DNA of 39,041 bases from a virus (taxonomy: Duplodnaviria > Caudoviricetes), in the IMG/VR virus record IMGVR_UViG_3300037714_000089, positions 1 to 39,041 of that record. One strand, given 5' to 3'. The stretch's first letter is position 1; each line of letters starts with the position of its first letter. The position numbers and the translations under genes were made by a program. Positions 7,883 through 17,306 of this stretch are shown here, piece after piece. Under the pieces are notes generated by a model. The model was given only the letters and a program-made list of their open reading frames with translations, was not told the origin of the DNA and ran no database searches.

Positions 7883-10639
7883 ATGGTTTCCAGGGCTGGC
7901 CAGCTAGTAGTCCGGTACACGGGCGACACGAAGCCCCTCCAGAAGTCTTCCGGCAAGGTCGGCGGCATCCTCAAGGGCGTCGGCAAGGTGGCCCTGGTTG
8001 CGGGTGCCGCGATGGCTGCTGGTGCCGTGGTGGCGGGTAAGGCGCTGTTCGATGCGGGTGAGAAGGCGGGCACGTCGAACGCCCGAATCCAGCAGATTTT
8101 CAAGTCGATGGATCAGTTCGGCAAGGCGTCGGACAAGGTCGCCGGCCGGGTCGTGAACCTCTCCGACAAGCTGGCGAGACAGACAGGCATTGACCAGAAC
8201 TTGGTCAAGGAGGGCGCGGCGGTTCTGTCGACGTTCTCGAACATCGCGGGTTCGGCGGACAAGGTCGGCGGCACGTTCGACAAGACTCTCGGTCTGGCTG
8301 CCGACCTGTCGGCGTCGGGGTTCGGGTCTGTGCAGTCCGCGTCCACCATGCTGGGCAAGGCACTGCAGGACCCGACCAAGGGCCTGACCGCCCTCGGCAA
8401 GGTCGGTGTCTCCTTCACCGAGAAGGAGAAGGAGAAGATCAAGGCCATGCAGGAGGCCGGCGACGTTGCCGGTGCCCAGAAGATCGTCCTCAAGGCGGTC
8501 GAGGGTCAGGTCGGCGGCGTCGCGAAGGCGACCGCGAACGCGTCGGACCAGATCAAGGTCTCCTGGTCGCAGGTGATCGAGAAGGTTGCCCTGAAGCTCG
8601 TTCCCGTGTTCAAGCTGCTGACCGATTTCGTGCTGAACAAGGTGATCCCGGTCTTCGAGCGGCGGGTTGTTCCTGCGCTCACACGCCTTGGGGACTGGAT
8701 CACGTCGGTCGGGGTGCCGGCGTTGATGCGACTCAAGGACGGGTTCGTCAAGCACGTCCTGCCGGTGCTGAAGGCGCTGGGCGGGTTCATCGTGGGCACC
8801 GTCGTTCCGGGCCTGGTGAACCTGGTCAAGTGGATGGCGAAGAACCGGGAGACGCTCACAGCGGTCGCTATCGGCCTGGGTGCGGCGCTGCTCGCGTGGA
8901 AGGCGTACGTCTTCTTCACGGTGACCGTCCCGGCGATCATCAAGGCCATCACGCTCGCCCAGAAGGGCCTCAACACGGCGATGAAGGCGAACGTGATCGG
9001 CATCGTGATCACGGCCATCGTCGCCCTGGTCGCCGGCCTCGTGTGGTTCTTCACGAAGACCAAGGTCGGCAAGAAGGCCTGGAAGAGCTTCACCGAGTTC
9101 CTGGTCGTGGCGTGGGAAGCCGTGAAGTCGGGGCTGTCCGCTGCGTGGAAGTGGATCCAGGAGAAGGTGTTCCGCCCGATCGGCAAGGGCATCAAGCTCG
9201 TCGGCCTGGGCTTCAAGCTGTACGGCCGGGCGATCCGTATCGCGTTCAACGCCGTGCGGGACAGTCTCGGTGCCGCGTGGAAGTGGATCCAGGACAAGGT
9301 GTTCACCCCGGTCAAGCGGGGCGTGCAACTCGTCGGCCTGGGGTTCAAGCTCTACGGGCGTGTCATCCGTGCCGCGTGGTCGCGTGTCGGTGACGGGCTG
9401 CGGGCGGTGTGGGGCTGGATCAAGAAGCATGTGTTCTCCCCGGTGGTCGACTTCATCACGAAGCGGATCCCGGACGGGTTCAAGAACGGCGTCGACAAGG
9501 TTAGGAAGTTCTGGGACGGCCTGAAGTCGGTGGCGAAGGTCCCCGTGAAGTTCCTCGTGAACACGGTGTGGAACAACGGCCTGCGCAAGATGTTGAACGC
9601 TATCCCGGGCGTGAACATCGACCCGATCAAGCTGGGGTTCGCCAAGGGCGGCGCGATCCGCGGCCCTGGCACCGGCACGTCGGACAGCATCGCGATGTGG
9701 GGGTCTGACGGTGAGCACATGTGGACCAAGAAGGAGGTCCAGGCTGCTGGCGGTCATGGCGCGATGTACGCGATGCGCAAGGCGGTGCTCAAGGGCAACC
9801 TGAACGGCGACCCGAAGTTCGCGAACGGTGGCGCGATCGACGCGGCTGCGATCGGCCGCGCGCAGAAGTTCGCGGCCTCCCAGGCGGGCAAGCCGTACGG
9901 GTGGGGCGACGTCGGTCCGTCCGCGTACGACTGCTCGGGGTTCATGTCGGCGATCACGAACGTGCTGGAGGACAAGTACCCGCACTCGCGGCGGGGCAGC
10001 ACCGCGAACTTCCCGTGGTCCGGGTTCAAGCAGGGCCCGGGCCAGTTCACGATCTCGTCCACCCCGAACTTCGGGCTGTCTGGCATCGGGCACATGGCGG
10101 GCACGCTCGCGGGCACGAACGTCGAGTCTCGTGGCGGCCGGGGCGTGCTGGTGGGTCCGGGTGCGATGGGGGCACTCTCGGGCGGGTTCTCCCAGATGGC
10201 GCACCTCGGCGCCGGTGGCAAGACGGCGATGAGCCAGGGCGGCTGGTTCTCCACGATCGCGGATGTCTTGGACACGCTCCGCAAGCTGCCGGGGCAGGTC
10301 ACCGAGATGATGGCTCAGGGCGGGTGGATGACCTCGTTCCTGAAGAAGATGTCCGCCGGCCTGTGGTCGAACATCGCCGGGTTCATCAACAAGAAGGTTC
10401 CGGGTAGCCCGATCCCTGCCACGTTCGACAACGGCGGGACTCTCGGCACGGGCCTGAACTTGGTGAACAACGCGACGGGGGCACCGGAGCGTCTGGTGCG
10501 GGCGGACCGCGCGCGCCGGGAGGAGCCCGTGCAGCGCATCACGCTGGACGGGGAACTCGGGGACGCCATCGTGAAGATCATCCGCCGCAAGGTGAAGTCC
10601 GGCGGCGGTTCCGTGCAGCTCGTCCTAGGCCGGGGGTGA
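7883..10639 (+). CDS. Tape measure protein with C-terminal NlpC/P60-like domain
   Basis: 918 aa, Ala/Gly/Lys-rich, periodic Trp/Phe; GKPYGWG..G...YDCSG...GH in the C-terminal part. Confidence 0.93.
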   Translation: MVSRAGQLVVRYTGDTKPLQKSSGKVGGILKGVGKVALVAGAAMAAGAVVAGKALFDAGEKAGTSNARIQQIFKSMDQFGKASDKVAGRVVNLSDKLARQTGIDQNLVKEGAAVLSTFSNIAGSADKVGGTFDKTLGLAADLSASGFGSVQSASTMLGKALQDPTKGLTALGKVGVSFTEKEKEKIKAMQEAGDVAGAQKIVLKAVEGQVGGVAKATANASDQIKVSWSQVIEKVALKLVPVFKLLTDFVLNKVIPVFERRVVPALTRLGDWITSVGVPALMRLKDGFVKHVLPVLKALGGFIVGTVVPGLVNLVKWMAKNRETLTAVAIGLGAALLAWKAYVFFTVTVPAIIKAITLAQKGLNTAMKANVIGIVITAIVALVAGLVWFFTKTKVGKKAWKSFTEFLVVAWEAVKSGLSAAWKWIQEKVFRPIGKGIKLVGLGFKLYGRAIRIAFNAVRDSLGAAWKWIQDKVFTPVKRGVQLVGLGFKLYGRVIRAAWSRVGDGLRAVWGWIKKHVFSPVVDFITKRIPDGFKNGVDKVRKFWDGLKSVAKVPVKFLVNTVWNNGLRKMLNAIPGVNIDPIKLGFAKGGAIRGPGTGTSDSIAMWGSDGEHMWTKKEVQAAGGHGAMYAMRKAVLKGNLNGDPKFANGGAIDAAAIGRAQKFAASQAGKPYGWGDVGPSAYDCSGFMSAITNVLEDKYPHSRRGSTANFPWSGFKQGPGQFTISSTPNFGLSGIGHMAGTLAGTNVESRGGRGVLVGPGAMGALSGGFSQMAHLGAGGKTAMSQGGWFSTIADVLDTLRKLPGQVTEMMAQGGWMTSFLKKMSAGLWSNIAGFINKKVPGSPIPATFDNGGTLGTGLNLVNNATGAPERLVRADRARREEPVQRITLDGELGDAIVKIIRRKVKSGGGSVQLVLGRG
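9140..9375 (+). repeat. 132-bp (44-aa) tandem duplication inside tape measure
   Basis: AAWKWIQ(E/D)KVF.P...G..LVGLGFKLYGR.IR at ~9140 and ~9272. Confidence 0.8.
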
Positions 10640-10643
10640 TGAC

Positions 10644-12752
10644 GTGGCGACGCCGATCTTCACGATCACGACGCAGCTCCTGATCGACGATGTGTGGACG
10701 GACATCTCAGCGGACGTGCGCCAGGCCGACGGTGTCCAGATCACGCGGGGCCGCAGCGACGAGGCATCGACGACCGACCCGTCGTCGTGCACCCTGTCGC
10801 TGAACAACCGTGACGGGAAGTACTCACCCCGGAACCCGATGTCTCCGTACTACGGGAAGATCGGACGCAACACGCAGATCCGTGTCCGCGCGGACGGGGT
10901 CGACCGGTTCTACGGCGAGGTCTCCGTGTGGCCGCAGCGGTGGGACAAGTCGGGGTCCGACGTGTGGGTGCCGCTCCAGGCGTACGGGATCACGCGTCGC
11001 CTCGGCCAGGGTGCCGCGCCACTGCGGTCCGTGATGTACCGGGGCGTGACGGCGCTGGACTCCGTGGTGGCGTACTGGCCGTGCGAGGACGGTGAGGACT
11101 CGACCGAGTTCGCTTCGGCGCTTCCGGATCACCCGCCGATGTACCCGCGTGGCACGGTGGACATGGCCTCGTTCGAGGGGTTCAAGGCGTCTGAGCCTCT
11201 GCCGAAAGCGTCGGGTGTGCGGTGGATCGGCGCCGTCCCCACGTACACGGTGACGGGGCAGACGCAGGTCAACTTCCTGATGGTCGTGCCCGACTTCGGG
11301 ACGACGGTCTCGGAGACGCTGTGCCGCATCCGCACGACGGGCACGGCGCCACGGTGGGACCTGGACGTGACGCCCGCCGGCTCCCTGGTGCTGCGCGCGT
11401 ACGACGTCGAGAACGTGCTGCTGTTCTCCTCGGGCACGACGTTCGATGTCAACGGCCGGATGCTGCGTGTGACGGTCGAGCTGGACCAGGACGGCGCGAA
11501 CGTCGACTGGTCGATCGGCACGCTCGAGGTCGGTCAACTGTTCGGCACGTCGGGTGGCGGCACGCTCGCGTCGCGGACGGTCGGACGGGTGACCCGTGTC
11601 GGCATGAACGTCGCGGGTGCGCAACTGTCGGAGACGGTGCTCGGGCACATCGCGGTGAAGAACGTGCTCGGCCCGGCGAACTCCATTGCCGGCCTGCAAC
11701 TGCGGGCATACGACGGCGAGTGGGCGGCGTTTCGGCTCCAGCGGCTGTGTGGCGAAGAGGGGATCGGGCTCACGATTGGTGCCGCTGAGGGCATTCACGA
11801 GACGGTCGACATGGGGCCGCAGTTGCCGGGTGCGCTCCTCGAACTGCTGGCGGAGGCCGCTGCGGCGGACATGGGGATCCTGTTCGAGTCGCGCGACGAG
11901 CTCGGGCTGTACTACCGCACGCGCGCTTCCCTGTACGCGCAGGATGCTGCCCTGACGCTCGACTACACGACGGGCGCGGTCTTCGGTATCGAGCCCACGG
12001 AGGACGACGACGGGACCCGCAACGACATCACCGTGACGCGGGTGAACGGGTCCTCTGCCCGGGCCCAGCTTGAGACCGGGCCGCTCTCCGTGAACCCGCC
12101 GCCGGATGGTGTGGGCCGGTACGACGACGGCATCACGATCTCGATCAAGCGTGACGAGGAACTGCCGGACCAGGCGTCGTGGCGGCTGCACATGGGCACG
12201 GTGGACGAGGCGCGTTACCCGGTCCTGGGTGTGAACCTCGCGAACGGTGCGTTCACGTCGGATGCGCTGTTGACGGCGGATGCGATCGACCTGGACGTCG
12301 GTGACCGGATCGTGGTGACGAACGCGCCGTTGGAGACGACGGGGCCCGACGACATCCAGCAGTTGGTGCAGGGGTTCACTGAGTCGCTCGGCCAGTACGA
12401 GTGGCTGATCGACATGAACTGCACTCCCGCGTCGCCGTGGTCTGTCGCGGTGTGGGACGACGCCACCGGCCCGGGTGAGGCCCGCTACTCCTCGGACGGG
12501 ACCACGACGACCGAGGCGCTCGATACCACTGAGGTCGACATCGACGTCTCCACGCCGACCGGTCCCGTGTGGTCCGACGTTGACGCCCCGTTCGATATCG
12601 CGATCGGCGGCGAGCGGATGACGGTGTCGGCGGTGACGGGCACCGGCGCCGCGCAGGTCTTCACCGTGACGCGGTCGGTGAACGGTGTCGTCAAGGCACA
12701 TGCCACCGGCGCCGAGGTCGCACTGTTCAAGCCAGCCATCTACTCCCTTTAG
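10644..12752 (+). CDS. Minor tail/baseplate hub protein with LamG-like insert
   Basis: First gene after tape measure; WTDISADVR..ITRGR..LNNRDG; VAYWPCEDG. Confidence 0.8.
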   Translation: MATPIFTITTQLLIDDVWTDISADVRQADGVQITRGRSDEASTTDPSSCTLSLNNRDGKYSPRNPMSPYYGKIGRNTQIRVRADGVDRFYGEVSVWPQRWDKSGSDVWVPLQAYGITRRLGQGAAPLRSVMYRGVTALDSVVAYWPCEDGEDSTEFASALPDHPPMYPRGTVDMASFEGFKASEPLPKASGVRWIGAVPTYTVTGQTQVNFLMVVPDFGTTVSETLCRIRTTGTAPRWDLDVTPAGSLVLRAYDVENVLLFSSGTTFDVNGRMLRVTVELDQDGANVDWSIGTLEVGQLFGTSGGGTLASRTVGRVTRVGMNVAGAQLSETVLGHIAVKNVLGPANSIAGLQLRAYDGEWAAFRLQRLCGEEGIGLTIGAAEGIHETVDMGPQLPGALLELLAEAAAADMGILFESRDELGLYYRTRASLYAQDAALTLDYTTGAVFGIEPTEDDDGTRNDITVTRVNGSSARAQLETGPLSVNPPPDGVGRYDDGITISIKRDEELPDQASWRLHMGTVDEARYPVLGVNLANGAFTSDALLTADAIDLDVGDRIVVTNAPLETTGPDDIQQLVQGFTESLGQYEWLIDMNCTPASPWSVAVWDDATGPGEARYSSDGTTTTEALDTTEVDIDVSTPTGPVWSDVDAPFDIAIGGERMTVSAVTGTGAAQVFTVTRSVNGVVKAHATGAEVALFKPAIYSL

Positions 12753-12761
12753 GAGCGCATT

Positions 12762-13250
12762 ATGCCTAGTGCTGGAGAAGTGATACTCGCGTCCGACGTC
12801 GCGGTGCAGGCGTGCCGGGTCACCCGTGCTGGCACACAGTCCATCCCCGACAACACGATCACGACCGTCGCGTTCGACGAGGAGCGGTTCGACACCGACG
12901 GCATGCACGACGTCACCACGAACAACTCCCGCATCACGATCAACACGGCCGGGTTCTACATCGTCGGATTCCACGGGGCACTGTTCTCCGGCAACGACTA
13001 CAACCGCGCGTTCGCGCTCCTGCGGATCAACGGGACCACGGAGATCGTCCGCGGCCCGTCGGTCAACGCGACGACGACCCAGCAGCCGCACATCGCGTGC
13101 AACACGGTCTACCAGTTCGCTGCCGGTGACTACGTCGAGGTGCAGGTGTTCCAGGACAACGGTGCGGTGGGCCTAGGTGGATCAGCCCGCACCCTCGACG
13201 CAACCGACGAGCGCTCACCTGAGTTCTACGCAGCACGCATCGGGAGCTGA
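12762..13250 (+). CDS. Minor tail protein (C1q/TNF-like beta sandwich, possible receptor binding)
   Basis: VAFDEERFDTDGMH, SRITINTAGFY, AAGDYVEVQVFQ. Confidence 0.65.
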   Translation: MPSAGEVILASDVAVQACRVTRAGTQSIPDNTITTVAFDEERFDTDGMHDVTTNNSRITINTAGFYIVGFHGALFSGNDYNRAFALLRINGTTEIVRGPSVNATTTQQPHIACNTVYQFAAGDYVEVQVFQDNGAVGLGGSARTLDATDERSPEFYAARIGS

Positions 13251-13304
13251 CTATGCCTGACGTCCCCCTGCCCGCCTGACCCCCACCGCGCGAGAGGGGG
13301 CCAC

Positions 13305-13613
13305 GTGGACCCGACACTGCTCGGCACCGGCGGAATCGCGATCTTCGCGGCCGCCATCATCGGGTACCTGCTCCGGCAGAACTACGCCGACCGCCGCCAG
13401 TACCAGCAGCACATCGCCGAGGTGCAGAAGAGCACGGCCGAGGCGATCGCGTCGGCCAAGGCAACGCACGACGCGGAGATCGGCCGGCTCAGCGCCAAGG
13501 TCGACGCCCTCAGCATCCTGTATGAGGGCGAGCGCACTCGCCGGTGGAAGGCCGAGGACGAGCGCGAGAAGTACCGACTGCTGTACGAGCACGCCCAGGG
13601 AGGCGCGACGTGA
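13305..13613 (+). CDS. Membrane protein, N-terminal TM plus coiled coil (lysis cassette)
   Basis: LLGTGGIAIFAAAIIGYLL followed by a charged helical region. Confidence 0.75.
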   Translation: MDPTLLGTGGIAIFAAAIIGYLLRQNYADRRQYQQHIAEVQKSTAEAIASAKATHDAEIGRLSAKVDALSILYEGERTRRWKAEDEREKYRLLYEHAQGGAT

Positions 13614-14341
13614 CCGAAGTGGAACGGGCCGAGCAGGTTGCCCGCGAGCCGCGCCGCCGGTTCAAGCAGAACATTGCCCTGGTCGCGGCGGTCCTGGCTG
13701 GCCTGGGACTGTTCCTCGTGCTGTGGCACGAGACGCAGACGCGCGCCGAGACCGCCGAGACGTCTGCCGTGTCCCTGGCCGAGCAGGTGCAGGAGCGGTG
13801 CGAGTCCGAGGGGTCGCTGGTCGTGGCGGATCGAGACCTGTGCAAGCGGGCTGACGCCGTCGTCCAGGGCATCCCCGTCGCCGGACCCGCCGGGCCCGGA
13901 GGACCGCCAGGGCCTCCCGGCGAGCGCGGGTTCACGGGTGCCCAGGGCGTCCAGGGCCGCACGGGGCCAGGCCCGACGGCGGCCCAGATCGCTGCTGCTG
14001 TGGACGACTGGTGCGGTGCGGGAATGTGCCGAGGCGAGGCCGGTGATCGCGGCCAGGCCGGAGTCGACTCAACCGTCGCCGGTCCCCAGGGGTCGCAGGG
14101 CGCGCAGGGTGAGCCCGGCCAGGACTCGACCGTTCCCGGCCCGGCCGGACCCGCCGGCCCCGCTGGCGCCGACTCCACCGTCCCCGGACCGCAGGGCATC
14201 CGCGGCACCCAGGGCACCGCCAAGCCCGGCTCGTACACATGCCCCGACGGCGAGTACATGACCGGCTTCGCGATCGACGTCGAGGGCGGCGTGAAGCTCG
14301 CCTGCCAGGACCCCACGCCGCCCATCATCGAGACCCCGTAG
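13610..14341 (+). CDS. Membrane-anchored collagen-like protein
   Basis: GTGA overlap; TM IALVAAVLAGLGLFLVLW; Gly-X-Y runs; paired Cys. Confidence 0.8.
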   Translation: MTEVERAEQVAREPRRRFKQNIALVAAVLAGLGLFLVLWHETQTRAETAETSAVSLAEQVQERCESEGSLVVADRDLCKRADAVVQGIPVAGPAGPGGPPGPPGERGFTGAQGVQGRTGPGPTAAQIAAAVDDWCGAGMCRGEAGDRGQAGVDSTVAGPQGSQGAQGEPGQDSTVPGPAGPAGPAGADSTVPGPQGIRGTQGTAKPGSYTCPDGEYMTGFAIDVEGGVKLACQDPTPPIIETP

Positions 14342-14348
14342 GAGCGAC

Positions 14349-15236
14349 ATGGCCAGATTTCCCGGCGCCATCTGGAAGCCGATCACGGCGGACAAGGACC
14401 GGCAGCGGCTCACCGTCTACAACCGGATGAACCTGCACGTGGCCGTGTCCGAGGCGGCCTCGCTGCACGGGTACTTCAACCAGCGCGGCATCCCCGACAG
14501 CCACTTCTACGTGCGCCGGGACGGCACCGTCGAGCAGTACGTCGACACGTCCATGCGCGCTTACGCCGACCTAGAGGGCAACGACGCGACGATCAGCGTC
14601 GAGACCCAGGGCATGGGCCCCGGCGGCTGGGATGCGGCACAGCGCGAGTCCCTGGCCCGCCTGTACGCCTGGGCGGTCAAGACGCACGGCGTCGCCCGGA
14701 AGGTCGCGACCAGCTCGAAGACGGACGCGACCTCGCGCGGGCTGTCGTGGCACCGGCTCGGCTGCGACGGGAACTTCCCCTCGCTCCCGTCCCTCCTCGC
14801 CGGCCGAGCCCAGCGCGGCGGCGGCATGCACTACTCGAAGTCGCTCGGCAAGGTCTGCCCTGGCGACGACCGCATCAAGCAGATCCCCAGCATTTTCGCG
14901 CGAGCCGAGGACATCCTCGACGGCACACCCACCAAGCAGGAGGACGACGTGACCCTCACCCAGACCGAGCGCACCCAGCTCGCCGCCATCCACTCGGCCA
15001 TCGAGTCGAAGGTCGGCGACATCGGCACCGAGAACGGCCTGACCTGGCGCACCGCGTTCGAGCGCATGCTCCTCATCGACCGCCGGACCGAGGCGCGCAT
15101 CGTCGCGCTGACGGCCGCCGTCCAGTCCCTGGCGACATCGGCGGGCGGTGACGCGAAGGCGATCACGGCCGCCGTGACCAAGAGCGTCGACACGGCGCTG
15201 GCCGACCTCGAGATCACCCTCAAGACGGGAGCCTGA
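14349..15236 (+). CDS. Endolysin, N-acetylmuramoyl-L-alanine amidase
   Basis: LHVAV, SHFYVRRDGTVEQYVD, ISVE, WHR, CPG zinc-amidase motifs; AGGAG RBS. Confidence 0.9.
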   Translation: MARFPGAIWKPITADKDRQRLTVYNRMNLHVAVSEAASLHGYFNQRGIPDSHFYVRRDGTVEQYVDTSMRAYADLEGNDATISVETQGMGPGGWDAAQRESLARLYAWAVKTHGVARKVATSSKTDATSRGLSWHRLGCDGNFPSLPSLLAGRAQRGGGMHYSKSLGKVCPGDDRIKQIPSIFARAEDILDGTPTKQEDDVTLTQTERTQLAAIHSAIESKVGDIGTENGLTWRTAFERMLLIDRRTEARIVALTAAVQSLATSAGGDAKAITAAVTKSVDTALADLEITLKTGA

Positions 15237-15239
15237 CCC

Positions 15240-15557
15240 ATGACCCACCTCGAGCCCACGCCCGAGCCCGTCGCCATCGTCTCGTCGCAGTCCGCGTTCC
15301 CCGGGCGCGCGACCTGGCGCACTGTCGTGTCGTACACGCTGTCCACCGTCATGACGCTCGGCCTCGTCGTACCCGTCGTGCTCAGCATCCTCCAGGAGGA
15401 GCTCGGCGCCTTGATCGGGGAGAGCGGCATGGGCGTGCTCGTCGCGATCTCCGGAGTCGTCGTCGCCATCGCCGCTGCCCTGACCCGCATCATGGCCATC
15501 CCCGCCGTGGACGCCGCGCTGCGCCGGTTCGGGCTGTCCAGCACACCGAAGGGCTGA
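15240..15557 (+). CDS. Holin
   Basis: Two TM segments; P.RATWRT and ALTRIMAIP.VD..L pattern; directly after endolysin. Confidence 0.8.
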   Translation: MTHLEPTPEPVAIVSSQSAFPGRATWRTVVSYTLSTVMTLGLVVPVVLSILQEELGALIGESGMGVLVAISGVVVAIAAALTRIMAIPAVDAALRRFGLSSTPKG

Positions 15558-15560
15558 GCC

Positions 15561-15989
15561 ATGGCCAACGCACTGTACCCAGCGGCCAAGGAGGGTTTCC
15601 TCACCGGCGCGATCGACTGGGACACGGCCGTGTTCAAGGTCGCGCTGGTCCGCGCCTACACGTACGACTCGACGGACGTCACGGTCGCGGACGTGACCTC
15701 GGGCGGCGGCGTGATCGCTGCGACGTCGGGCGCGCTGGCGTCCAAGACGTTCACGGGTGGCGTCGTGGATGCCGCGGACATCACGTTCACGGCCGTCACG
15801 GAGAACGCTGCGGCGCACGGCCTGCTGATCTTCCAGGCGTCGGCCGTGACCGGTGGTGCTGACGTGGCCGCCGGCTCGCAGCGCGTGGTGGCGTGGCTCG
15901 ACTCGGGCACCCTCCTGCCGGTCGCGCCCAACGGCGGCGACGTGATCGTCTCGTGGGACTCGGGCGCCAACCGCATCTTCGCGCTGTAG
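15561..15989 (+). CDS. Probable tail-associated structural protein
   Basis: MANALY..KE....GAIDW...KVALV...DAADITF...PNGGDV.V.W...IF.L, a pattern I associate with tail-tip/fibre genes. Confidence 0.6.
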   Translation: MANALYPAAKEGFLTGAIDWDTAVFKVALVRAYTYDSTDVTVADVTSGGGVIAATSGALASKTFTGGVVDAADITFTAVTENAAAHGLLIFQASAVTGGADVAAGSQRVVAWLDSGTLLPVAPNGGDVIVSWDSGANRIFAL

Positions 15990-15995
15990 GCCGCC

Positions 15996-16811
15996 GTGGC
16001 CGAGCACACCGTCTTCGGGGCGAGCGCACCCCCATGGGGGGAGCCGTCCGCGAACGATGACGGCTCACCCTCCATCGTCACCGGCACGGCGTTCTACTCC
16101 ACCGCGACCGCGTGGTTCGTGGTGGGCGGCAGGCTGCGTATCCCCGCCGGGGCCACGCTGCCCGGCACGGTGACGCTCGCACTGCGCGTGTACCCCTACG
16201 AGACGGCCCCGAACTACGCTGACGCCCCGGTCCGCACTGCGGTGGCCACGGTCGCCGAAGGGTGGATCGAGGCGCGCTGGGACTCGTACGCGCTGTCTGT
16301 CGGGCAGGTCGCGTGGATCACCGCCGAGGACTTCGGGGTCAACTACCTGTTCGGCACCCCGCCCTCGACCGACCCCGTCCAGGCGTCCGACGCCTCCGAC
16401 CTGTACATGTCCGAGGCGGGCGATCAGTGGCGGTCCGCGTTCCGGATCGGCACGGGCTCGACCTCCTCGTCGTCCGGCTGGTACGGCGCGGACATCATCG
16501 TGTCCGATGATGTGGGCGTCTCCGTCACCCCCGACGGCATCCCCACGGCATCGACGCTCGGCACCCCCGTAGTCACCACGCAGACCACCAGCGCGCCGCC
16601 GGGCATCGCCTCGTCGGCCGAGGTGGGCACGCCAGTGCTCGCCACGTCGGTCACCGTGTCGCCGTCGGGCATCGCCCGCACCTCGGCGCTCGGCTCGCCG
16701 ACGACGAACGGCCCCGGCTTCAACCTGCCCGTGCGCGGCACCCTGATCCCGCTCACCCCAGCGCGCGCCATGGTGCCGCTCACCCCACGCCGAGGAATGG
16801 AACCAGCATGA
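15996..16811 (+). CDS. Probable tail fibre/carbohydrate-binding protein
   Basis: Beta-rich N-domain ending WYGADI, followed by Ser/Thr/Pro repeats (P.GI.....GTP.V). Confidence 0.55.
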   Translation: MAEHTVFGASAPPWGEPSANDDGSPSIVTGTAFYSTATAWFVVGGRLRIPAGATLPGTVTLALRVYPYETAPNYADAPVRTAVATVAEGWIEARWDSYALSVGQVAWITAEDFGVNYLFGTPPSTDPVQASDASDLYMSEAGDQWRSAFRIGTGSTSSSSGWYGADIIVSDDVGVSVTPDGIPTASTLGTPVVTTQTTSAPPGIASSAEVGTPVLATSVTVSPSGIARTSALGSPTTNGPGFNLPVRGTLIPLTPARAMVPLTPRRGMEPA

Positions 16812-17116
16812 CCGAGACTCGCGTGTGGGCTGGCGACAAGCACCCCATCACCTGGCGGGTGGCCACCACCGACGGCACCATCGACCTCACCGGGGCCACC
16901 GTGCGTCTGATCGCCCGGCCGCTGACCCTCGGGCAGGAGACGACGGACCTGCCGTGCACCGTGGACGCCGACGTTGTCACGCACGAGCTCGACGGCGCGC
17001 TGGCGGTCGGCAGGTACGACCTGGTCATCGAGGTCACCCGGGCGGGCGAGGTCATCACCTACCCCGACGCCGCCACCGCGCCCGAGCGTCTCGTGGTCCG
17101 GGCCGACGTCGGGTAG
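16808..17116 (+). CDS. BppU-N-like baseplate/fibre accessory protein
   Basis: GD......IDLTGATVRL...G.YDLVIEVT...ITYP. Confidence 0.55.
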   Translation: MTETRVWAGDKHPITWRVATTDGTIDLTGATVRLIARPLTLGQETTDLPCTVDADVVTHELDGALAVGRYDLVIEVTRAGEVITYPDAATAPERLVVRADVG

Positions 17117-17141
17117 CAGCGCCGAGTGTCAGATAGGCCGA

Positions 17142-17225
17142 CTACACTGCACCGACGATCCACAGGATCCCGGCGATGATGATGACAATGTCTCGTGCGA
17201 GCGCGACTACGGCTGGGAAGGTCAT
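17142..17225 (-). CDS. 27-aa hydrophobic peptide (not in ORF track)
   Basis: MTFPAVVALARDIVIIIAGILWIVGAV*; TACGCT -10-like hexamer 7 nt upstream of ATG. Confidence 0.55.
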   Translation of the reverse strand: MTFPAVVALARDIVIIIAGILWIVGAV

Positions 17226-17262
17226 GCCGTCCAGCGTAGAGCGGTCCGTACGCGTAGGCTAA
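17226..17262. promoter_or_regulatory. Candidate divergent promoter pair
   Basis: TANNNT hexamers on both strands: TACGCT (- strand, 17233-17238) and TAGGCT (+ strand, 17255-17260). Confidence 0.45.
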
Positions 17263-17306
17263 GAACCGCTGACGCCGGGTGGTCCGGGCAGCAGAAGGGA
17301 AATACC

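Noticed and set aside
7904-13091. Very long minus-strand ORFs (7904..10204, 10824..13091; also 14571..16007, 18587..19930, 32431..33573)
   Set aside because: Antisense shadows of high-GC3 genes; Arg/His/Val-rich with no motifs
14060-14200. GACTC.ACCGT..CCGG repeats as a DNA element
   Set aside because: They encode DSTV(A/P)GP collagen interruptions, so the repeat is at protein level
10644-17116. Diversity-generating retroelement or invertible tail-fibre cassette
   Set aside because: No reverse transcriptase, and I saw no template/variable repeat pair or flanking inverted repeats; a computational repeat scan would be needed to exclude short sites
16974-17306. N-terminal extension of the 17307..17495 gene as listed in the ORF track
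   Set aside because: Overlaps the preceding gene out of frame; a good RBS supports the 17307 start
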